A stretch of 24,000 bases of DNA from Acidobacteriota bacterium (GTDB lineage: Bacteria > Acidobacteriota > Terriglobia > Acidiferrales > UBA7541), in the NCBI GenBank assembly GCA_021818865.1, contig JAKASX010000002.1:3209-27208 (forward strand), written 5' to 3'. The notes beneath the pieces were generated by a model. It saw nothing but the letters and a program-made list of their open reading frames with translations. It had not been told where the DNA came from and did no database searches. This document shows positions 10,901 through 15,619 of the stretch, piece by piece (positions within the stretch are counted from its first letter, which is position 1; every line of letters starts with the position of its first letter). The position numbers and the translations under genes were made by a program.

Positions 10901-11199
10901 TCGAGGGGTTCGCCTCCGAGCCGCCGAATCCGGATGCTTCGGGCGAAGGCGACGCGGCGCCCGCACCGACGAGCCTCGCCGGGTTGGTCGGGATTCTCGG
11001 CCAGCTTTCCGGTGCGGCGAAGAACGGCCTGGATGCGCCGTATACGACCGTGCGGCAGGGCTTTGCGAAGGCGAAAGTCATGGCCGCGGCCGAACTGGCG
11101 AAATGGAACAAGCTCAAGTCGCAGGATTTGGTTGCGCTTAACCGGCAGCTGCGACGGGCGAACCTGGGCACGATCGCGGTCGGACGCAGCCGGCAGTAG
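7969..11199 (+). CDS. BNR/Asp-box repeat protein (sortilin/VPS10-like beta-propeller, often annotated glycosyl hydrolase-like), secreted
   Basis: The ATG at 7969 is preceded by TAGGAGG (7958-7964) and followed by a signal peptide (LWVLGMGLGAMLAVCMPMAGQQ). There are at least 10 Asp-box S-x-D-x-G-x-T-W motifs, including SNNDGTTWE, STDGGKTWA, TTDGGATWK, SSDGGKTWA, SDDAGATWK, TDDGGNSWR, RNDGQTWH and TTDGGKTWT. The C-terminus is coiled-coil-like. The 7747-7968 extension of the ORF is Cys/Arg-rich and looks non-coding. Confidence 0.85.
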   Translation: MVRRYLWVLGMGLGAMLAVCMPMAGQQVSPKLYAGMRWRMAGPFRAGRTVAVTGSTQHPDTYYMGAADGGVWKSNNDGTTWEPIFDHEPVASIGAIAEAPSNPNIIYVGTGENDPRSQFSLGDGMFKSTDGGKTWARIGLEKTRQIGRIIVDPHDPNRVFVAALGNIYAATPQRGVYLTTDGGATWKKVLFLNDNTGAIDLSFDPDNSQVIYAAMWATRRPPWTVYPSSNEPGSGLYKSSDGGKTWAHLTNGLPAHPGRIGVAVAPSDPNRVYAMVDASAKKGGLYRSDDAGATWKLMDTDNRIWNRGWYFESITVDPKNENTLYAMNTTVYKSTDGGANFFAFRGAPGGDDYHQLWINPNDPSHMILASDQGTIVTVNGGKNWSSWDNQPTAQLYDVTTDNRSPYWIYGAQQDSNNLGGSAASAGPHGRRATFGTGWQTACVGGESGDVAENPLAKDEIFGGNTVAKCIPSTGVRHNISPLVAYPGQHFRETWTLPVAFSMADKHEFFFANQFLFQTDDGGNSWRKISPDLTRQDPGIPPNLDPTTAKDTTYPERTYGPRWGVIYTIAPSPLLPHEIWVGTDDGYIQVTRNDGQTWHNVTPPELTPWSKVIQMAASHYNPQEAFAAVDRHRLNDDHPYIYRTTDGGKTWTKIVNGIPSDEYLESITEDPVRKGLLFCGTNMGVYVSFDNGNQWQSLRLNMPPVEIRGFAFHGKSLVIATFGRSFWVIDDMSPLRQAKAAMNDAAAVLYKPEPAYLHAGSARVYGGNDPAKEAADLDPMLVISADAPPSGAVIYYYLRADSGPVSLDILNSEGQVVRHYSSTQRVFHPNPNTMTIAAVFFRPPAILSAAAGMHEWTWDLRDVKPSANTGRGGFFAFFRGRAGYPAAPGTYTVRLTADGHQYTQPLVVKLSPGMTYSAQAIEEQQQLAGEIQGLQGQVSRARREAEQLRAKLVKLESSASGHPSLAASISAVSGKVHAVEGFASEPPNPDASGEGDAAPAPTSLAGLVGILGQLSGAAKNGLDAPYTTVRQGFAKAKVMAAAELAKWNKLKSQDLVALNRQLRRANLGTIAVGRSRQ

Positions 11200-11365
11200 T
11201 TGGGCCGCACCCAACCACACCTGGGGTTCCTGCAAGGGTAGGGGTGTGGGCGACGCTTAACCCCACATAAAACCTAGCGTTTTATTCGTTCACGAAAATG
11301 GCGGAATGGGGATGTGTGGCGTACACGGAGGGCATTCTTGGTAACACGCACTCAATAGAGGGGAT

Positions 11366-11389
11366 GGATGGTGCCGGGGGACGGAATCG
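11366..11389. repeat. att core copy A (attL of element 1): truncated tRNA 3' end
   Basis: GGATGGTGCCGGGGGACGGAATCG is identical to 18623-18646. Its reverse complement CGATTCCGTCCCCCGGCACCATCC reads as partial T-loop, T-stem 3' strand, acceptor 3' strand, discriminator A and CCA. Confidence 0.85.
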
Positions 11390-11403
11390 TTTCATTTTCC
11401 CAC

Positions 11404-11440
11404 GTTGAAGCCTCGCAAGTTATTGATTCCTCGTTGCGCC
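11404..11440. promoter_or_regulatory. conserved arm block next to att core (partner at 18661-18697)
   Basis: GTTGAAGCCTCGCAAGTTATTGATTCCTCGTTGCGCC starts 14 nt after the core, as does the partner block. By hand alignment 29/37 positions are identical. CGCAA...TTGCG form an inverted repeat around an invariant TTATTGATTC. Confidence 0.45.
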
Positions 11441-11580
11441 AAATAATCGAAAAACGCCAGAAACGCGGATCGGGGGTACGCGCCAGGTACACGATTGTTG
11501 ATGATCTAGGGGAAGGGCGAGCGAATCCATGCGTCGCGCCGGCCGCCGGCATTTTTGTGTACATCAAAAGCCTGGCTTGC

Positions 11581-11630
11581 GGTGTACACCATCGCGATCG
11601 CGGAGGTGCACACATTTCCCGATCGCCGGA
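11581..11630. repeat. imperfect tandem repeat (24 + 26 nt) in the left arm of element 1
   Basis: GGTGTACACCATCGCGATCGCGGA (11581-11604) is followed by GGTGCACACATTTCCCGATCGCCGGA (11605-11630). A further GTGTACA lies at 11557-11563 and a GGTACAC at 11486-11492. Confidence 0.5.
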
Positions 11631-11669
11631 AGTGCTCGAGCGGCGACGCTTCTTGGAAGGGGCCACAGT

Positions 11670-11789
11670 ATGAGGCCCTGGAAGATCGTCACACTCTTCG
11701 TTCTGGCTCTTTTGGTGGGCGCTCTCTTGTTGAGAAAACTGTTGGGTGGAAAACCGAATTTGTCGGGGCTTCCCGCCCCTTCGAGGTGA
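11670..11789 (+). CDS. possible 39-aa single-pass membrane peptide
   Basis: The ATG at 11670 is preceded by GGAAGGGG. The product is MRPWKIVTLFVLALLVGALLLRKLLGGKPNLSGLPAPSR. It stops 4 nt before the next gene's ATG. It is too short to validate from sequence alone. Confidence 0.3.
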   Translation: MRPWKIVTLFVLALLVGALLLRKLLGGKPNLSGLPAPSR

Positions 11790-11793
11790 CGCG

Positions 11794-12411
11794 ATGGTCC
11801 GCAAAAGCCTGGCTTTTAGAAAATCGGCTGTCCCCTGGCTGGTCGTGGTTTTCCTGTTCGTCGTTCTTTGGCGCGCCTCGGCTCGCCCCGCGTCCGCCGC
11901 TCAGAGCTTTCCTCAGCAACGGTTCGCCGTCGAGTGTCCGCCTAGTTCATTCGGCGTGCCGTGGGGTGTGGGATTCGATGCCGCGACAAATGAATACGTT
12001 CAAAATTTTTGCGCGCAGCCCGATGGCCACATTCTCTTCAACACCCAATCGAATGTGGTGGTGGCCTCCCAAGACTTACTGACACAGAACGGCTCGGTTA
12101 CCAACACCAATTGGGCGACATGCGTGAGCGGCGGCGGCATGTATGAGGCTCACTATTTCACGTTCACTTCCAACACATCGGGCGCTTCGTTGACTCTCGG
12201 GCCGGTGGTTGGGTTTATCTATCACGGAACGACGCGGGAGCTACAGTTAGCCGCTCAAACGGTGAGCGGCACTGGAACAGCCGTTGCCGGTGAAACCGGG
12301 CCGTTTTACTGTGATTCAGGAACCGAAATTTATTACAGCACCACGGCGAGCGGCTTTGTTTCGGGAGAGGATTATTACGATTGGCGAATGACGCTGACGT
12401 GGCTTCGGTGA
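11794..12411 (+). CDS. hypothetical secreted protein (element 1 cargo)
   Basis: The internal ATG at 11794 gives MVRKSLAFRKSAVPWLVVVFLFVVLWRASARPASA/AQ, a signal peptide with an AxA site. The mature part is Thr/Gly/Ser/Asn-rich with 4 Cys. I recognise no family. Confidence 0.6.
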   Translation: MVRKSLAFRKSAVPWLVVVFLFVVLWRASARPASAAQSFPQQRFAVECPPSSFGVPWGVGFDAATNEYVQNFCAQPDGHILFNTQSNVVVASQDLLTQNGSVTNTNWATCVSGGGMYEAHYFTFTSNTSGASLTLGPVVGFIYHGTTRELQLAAQTVSGTGTAVAGETGPFYCDSGTEIYYSTTASGFVSGEDYYDWRMTLTWLR

Positions 12412-12490
12412 ACGGGTGATCTTGTTTGGTTTGCCGGCAAGGGTGTACACGTGCCGTGGACCAGGCGGGGATCGGACCAAAGGATGGTGA

Positions 12491-12733
12491 ATGGTGAAAA
12501 AGGCGAGCAAGGACTACCGAGAGAAAAGCGTGTTCTATTGCGAGTGCGGTGGGTGCCGCGACTGTGGATCGGATGAACCGGCTTTCGCTCATCCTTACAC
12601 TTGCCCGGCTTGCGGCGCACGTCTAAAGGGTGAGCCGGACGATGTGGAGAGTCGGACGGTTGTGGCTTGCTCCGAATGCCCGGCCGAGTGGGTAGTGATT
12701 TCCGATTTCCCGTTGATTCTCGCAAAGCTGTGA
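12491..12733 (+). CDS. small Cys-rich zinc-ribbon-like protein (80 aa)
   Basis: The ATG at 12491 follows AAGGA by about 7 nt. It has eight Cys in CxCxxCxxC (CECGGCRDC), CxxC (CPAC) and CxxC (CSEC) arrangements. Its stop TGA overlaps the next ORF's GTG (GTGA). Confidence 0.55.
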   Translation: MVKKASKDYREKSVFYCECGGCRDCGSDEPAFAHPYTCPACGARLKGEPDDVESRTVVACSECPAEWVVISDFPLILAKL

Positions 12734-13269
12734 CTCCGACGCCCACACTGACGGTGCGTGTCCCACGCCGGCTGCGTTCGCGGGCGTCGAGTGAGAATCT
12801 GCGGGCCGCGATCCGATGGTGGGAAGATTCGGGTGTTTCACTTCCGCCGGTTCGTGAGCCGCGCTTTGCTCGCGTCTGCTTCTCGCTTCGTGGCGTTTCC
12901 CGTGAGAAGCTGGACCGCCTGGCCGCCGGCCAGGGAATGAAAGCTGGCGAGCTACTCTGCCGGTTGTTTGTTTTATGGGCGGCCCGAAAAGGAGAAGAGC
13001 GGGGCCGGCCGCGCGTGGCAGCGCGGCCAGCGTCTGTTCATCCCGCCAGTCCGGTTCAGGCGGGCTGCCGCGCGGCCGAGCAGACGCCATCGCGCGAAGA
13101 ACCCCCTGTGCGCTTGGACTGGCAGTCGGCTGCGTCTCTTCTAAAAAGAGCCGGCGCCCTGGCTGCTCCGGCGCTCGATGGTGAATTCTCTCGTGTCGGT
13201 TCGCTGCTCGTCGAGCGGATTGGGGGCGAGGTTTCCCGTAGCTGGAGATTGCCGTCTTTGGAGGGTTGA
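12730..13269 (+). CDS. hypothetical protein with one or two ribbon-helix-helix-like segments
   Basis: The GTG at 12730 overlaps the upstream stop. PTLTVRVPRRLRSRASSENLRAAIRWW and ARVCFSLRGVSREKLDRLAAGQGMKAGELLCRLFVLWAARK both fit a beta-strand/helix/helix RHH (CopG/Arc-like) pattern by eye. The C-terminal half is Ala/Arg/Pro-rich. Confidence 0.45.
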   Translation: MTPTPTLTVRVPRRLRSRASSENLRAAIRWWEDSGVSLPPVREPRFARVCFSLRGVSREKLDRLAAGQGMKAGELLCRLFVLWAARKGEERGRPRVAARPASVHPASPVQAGCRAAEQTPSREEPPVRLDWQSAASLLKRAGALAAPALDGEFSRVGSLLVERIGGEVSRSWRLPSLEG

Positions 13270-13271
13270 GA

Positions 13272-13415
13272 GCGTCATAATTCGCGTCATAGTTTCTGCG
13301 GAAAGACGGAAAGATGGTGTGGAATTTTCCCTGTTTCGCGGCAAGGTAAAGACGTTCCGGGGATTGTCACGCTGGTGCGGAAAAATTGTCACCGATTCCG
13401 TAGAGGAATTGTCAC
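13272..13415. repeat. repeat-dense intergenic region (iteron/operator-like)
   Basis: GCGTCATA occurs twice (13272-13279, 13284-13291). CGGAAAGA occurs twice in tandem (13299-13314). ATTGTCAC occurs three times (13363-13370, 13385-13392, 13408-13415) at 22-23 bp spacing, and the last copy abuts the GTG start at 13416. Confidence 0.7.
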
Positions 13416-13721
13416 GTGAGTTTGCCTGAGAGAGCGAACGGCCGAAAACGACGGGTGTTGGCGTTCCTCCTGGCCGACCGCCGGCCACGAACCGTGCTCG
13501 AAATTGCCCATGGAAGTGGCTGCGGGGTCTTGCGCGCGGGGGGCCTTTACGGGCTTTTGCACCGTTACGCTCAGTGTGGATTGGTGAGTCGGGAACTGAG
13601 GCAGCGCGAGTCTCGATCCGGCCCGCGCCAGGTGGCCGCTTTTCGCATCACGGCGAAAGGACGTGACCGCCTGGTGTGGTTGCGAGGGCAAGGGGGGAAC
13701 GATGACCACAATTCACTTTGA
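13416..13721 (+). CDS. winged-helix DNA-binding protein (MarR/PadR-like fold)
   Basis: GTG start at 13416. RRVLAFLLADRRPRTVLEIAHGSG...LYGLLHRYAQCGLVSRELRQRE...RQVAAFRITAKGRDRL fits the wHTH pattern of helix, recognition helix and beta-wing. Confidence 0.6.
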   Translation: MSLPERANGRKRRVLAFLLADRRPRTVLEIAHGSGCGVLRAGGLYGLLHRYAQCGLVSRELRQRESRSGPRQVAAFRITAKGRDRLVWLRGQGGNDDHNSL

Positions 13722-14172
13722 GAAGAACAGCCCGAACAGTTCTACACCGGCAGATCGACTTGGCCCGAACTGGGGTGCAGTAACGCGGCGAAACTGCTTC
13801 GCAGTTCTGGCGGCGATCCGCCAGCGTTTTCCGCAATCCGATGATGCCGGGTGTAGTGGAGGTGGGCGCATTTCGGTGGACACGCTCGCGGCCAGCGCCG
13901 GTCTAACACGCGGAGCGGCCCTGAAGTCCTTGCGGGTATGGAGAACTTGGCGCGTTTTGTGGCTTCGTGGCTGCGGCGAGGAAATAGAGTTGCGATTTGA
14001 TCGCCGCGTCGTTGTTGGCTTACTGACAGCCGACAGAGTTGTGCCCAGCGAGGTGGAAATCTTGATAGCGCGGCATCGAGCAAGGAGGGAAGCTATCGCG
14101 CCAAGGCGCTCGGCTTGCTCTCTACCACGGACGAACAGCCTATCGGAGCCCGGGTGTGCCGCGCGTCCCTGA
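13702..14172 (+). CDS. hypothetical HTH-containing protein
   Basis: The ATG at 13702 follows AAGGGGGGAA and overlaps the previous gene's end by 20 nt. ISVDTLAASAGLTRGAALKSLRVW looks like an HTH. The last 80 nt overlap the convergent gene, so the 3' end is uncertain. Confidence 0.45.
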   Translation: MTTIHFEKNSPNSSTPADRLGPNWGAVTRRNCFAVLAAIRQRFPQSDDAGCSGGGRISVDTLAASAGLTRGAALKSLRVWRTWRVLWLRGCGEEIELRFDRRVVVGLLTADRVVPSEVEILIARHRARREAIAPRRSACSLPRTNSLSEPGCAARP

Positions 14173-14695
14173 GCAACCTGCGGGCATGACGAACCGAGCA
14201 ATCTTCCAGCTTGGCGATCAATTTGACGATTTTCGCTTGCGGCACGTTGGCTGCTTTCCATTCCTCCTCTCGTCTCCGAATTTCCGCCAATTTTTTCGAG
14301 CGGTCTTTTGCCGTTCGCCTGCCGACGTGCGGCAATTTTCGGATCGAATTCATATAGGAAGAATAGAGCAGACGGCGTGCCCGGCCGATCAATTCGCGCT
14401 GGAATCGCTCGAGTTCTCGACGTGAAGGCTGATTCGCCGATGCTCCCTCCAGCGTCAAAAATCTTTTCAGCGTTTCGGGCTGGAATTCAGCGAATAGCTG
14501 CTGTAAGAAGCCTTCGAAATTACGCCGGAAAACGTCCGGCTCACCCTCCTCCCCTTGGTAGATATCGAGCGAAACGATTCCCACTTTGATGGTTTTCGCC
14601 TTGGCATTTTTCGGTGTTTTTACGAAGGGTAGAATTGCCTCGGCTACCTTGTAAAGTGCTGATTGGGAATAGGATACGGCATTTTTAGCGGACAT
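14093..14695 (-). CDS. putative regulator with C-terminal HTH (element 1 backbone)
   Basis: The ATG at 14695 (minus strand) is preceded by AAGGGGGG. The product is MSAKNAVSYSQSALYKVAEAIL...AKIVKLIAKLEDCSVRHARRLLRDAR. It is positionally and C-terminally similar to the element 2 gene 19969..20616. The upstream 130 codons of ORF 14093..15085 overlap the divergent gene and hairpin, so I discard them. Confidence 0.55.
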   Translation of the reverse strand: MSAKNAVSYSQSALYKVAEAILPFVKTPKNAKAKTIKVGIVSLDIYQGEEGEPDVFRRNFEGFLQQLFAEFQPETLKRFLTLEGASANQPSRRELERFQRELIGRARRLLYSSYMNSIRKLPHVGRRTAKDRSKKLAEIRRREEEWKAANVPQAKIVKLIAKLEDCSVRHARRLLRDARHTRAPIGCSSVVESKPSALAR

Positions 14696-14754
14696 GATTA
14701 CTACCCCCCTTGATCGCGTCCGCATAAATATAGCACGATTCAAATGGAGAACGA

Positions 14755-14964
14755 ATGCGAATGAGCCGCCACAAACTGACACCGGAAGAGCAGTTGGAAG
14801 GGATTCGGGCCGCCCTGGCTTCGCGTAGACTGCCGAAACATTTCCGCCCGGCGTTGGAGCGGCGGCGGAAAGAACTTTCCGCGCAGATTGAGGCGAAGCG
14901 GAAGGCGGAACGCGAACATCGCCGGAAGCGCAGCAAGGGTTTTCTCGATTGGTTTTTCTCCTGA
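14755..14964 (+). CDS. small basic protein (69 aa), conserved in both elements
   Basis: GGAG lies 7 nt upstream. In MSRHKLTPEEQLEGIRAALASRR versus element 2 MARHVLTTEERLRGVRAAIRKMRR, about half of the first 23 residues are identical by hand. The tail is Arg/Lys-rich. Confidence 0.55.
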   Translation: MRMSRHKLTPEEQLEGIRAALASRRLPKHFRPALERRRKELSAQIEAKRKAEREHRRKRSKGFLDWFFS

Positions 14965-14973
14965 AAAAGGGAA

Positions 14974-15003
14974 GCCCCGCCGGGGCAAATGCCTGGGCGG
15001 GGC
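14974..15003 (+). terminator. GC-rich hairpin after the small basic ORF (no U-tract)
   Basis: GCCCCGCC (14974-14981) pairs with GGCGGGGC (14996-15003). An analogous hairpin follows the homologous ORF in element 2. Confidence 0.35.
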
Positions 15004-15040
15004 CTCGAAACCCTAGAACGCCTTCAAGGGGTTGGTGATC

Positions 15041-15070
15041 TACATGGACATTGTACATGGACATTGTACA
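15041..15070. repeat. 13-bp tandem direct repeat, 2.3 copies, containing TGTACA palindromes
   Basis: TACATGGACATTG TACATGGACATTG TACA. The start codon of the CHC2 gene (15057) lies in copy 2. The equivalent ATG in copy 1 (15044) opens a 10-codon out-of-frame mini-ORF, MDIVHGHCTN. Confidence 0.85.
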
Positions 15071-15611
15071 AATTAACGAGACCAAGATTCAAGGGCCTTC
15101 CCGCTCGCGGCTGGAATTTCTACGGTCGCGCGTTTCGCTCGTTTCCCTGGCCGGCCATTTCACAGAGCTTCGCCGTTGTGGTCCGCGCGCGTGGCGCGGG
15201 CTCTGTCCACTGCATGTTGAAACGAATCCCTCGTTCTTCGTAAATCCAGAAAGCCGGCAATTTTTCTGCTTCGGTTGCGGGGCCGGCGGCGACGTGTATC
15301 GCTTCATCGAAATTCTTTGCGGCTGCCGGTTCCGGGAAGCCGTTCGCCAGGTCGCGCGTCTAGCAAGCGGTAAGACGCTATCCTTGCCGGCGCTGGCGGC
15401 TCGCCAGGGGGATGCTTTAAGCGCAGGAGGTGCAGGAGGATGGAATCCTCCTGCTAGCCTTGCCACGCGGCTGGAAGTGGCAAGGAAGGCCCATCGCCGT
15501 GCGGTCCTGGCCGGTGCGGCCCGCGCGCTACTCGAACGCGAGCGAGAGCTGCCGGCGTCCATGCTGGCCGATCTGCGGGCGGACTCTCTTTTACTCGAGC
15601 CGGAAATTTAA
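15057..15611 (+). CDS. stand-alone DnaG-type CHC2 zinc-finger protein (no TOPRIM/primase catalytic domain)
   Basis: GLCPLHVETNPSFFVNPESRQFFCFGCGAGGDVYRFIE matches the primase zinc-binding signature CPFHxExTPSFxV...FxCFGCGxxGDxxxF. The 184-aa product ends in an Ala/Arg-rich tail with no TOPRIM acidic motifs. Confidence 0.85.
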   Translation: MDIVQINETKIQGPSRSRLEFLRSRVSLVSLAGHFTELRRCGPRAWRGLCPLHVETNPSFFVNPESRQFFCFGCGAGGDVYRFIEILCGCRFREAVRQVARLASGKTLSLPALAARQGDALSAGGAGGWNPPASLATRLEVARKAHRRAVLAGAARALLERERELPASMLADLRADSLLLEPEI

Positions 15612-15619
15612 GTGTTCCG

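Noticed and set aside
14709-14715. CTTGATC in the divergent spacer of element 1, resembling the pC194/phiX174-type nick-site core CTTGATA.
   Set aside because: A 6-7-mer is expected by chance in a window of this size. There is no flanking hairpin, and it is not shared with element 2. It is worth testing only if Rep nicking assays are done.
13272-15070. Whether the short direct repeats (8-13 bp units) could be a CRISPR array.
   Set aside because: The units are far too short and there are only 2-3 copies. The spacers are irregular or absent, and there are no cas genes in the window.
15354-15377. A P-loop/Walker A match, ARLASGKT ([AG]-x4-G-K-[ST]), in the CHC2 zinc-finger protein.
   Set aside because: It is an 8-residue pattern that occurs often by chance. 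It lies in what aligns to the helix following the DnaG zinc-binding domain. I see no Walker B or other NTPase context.
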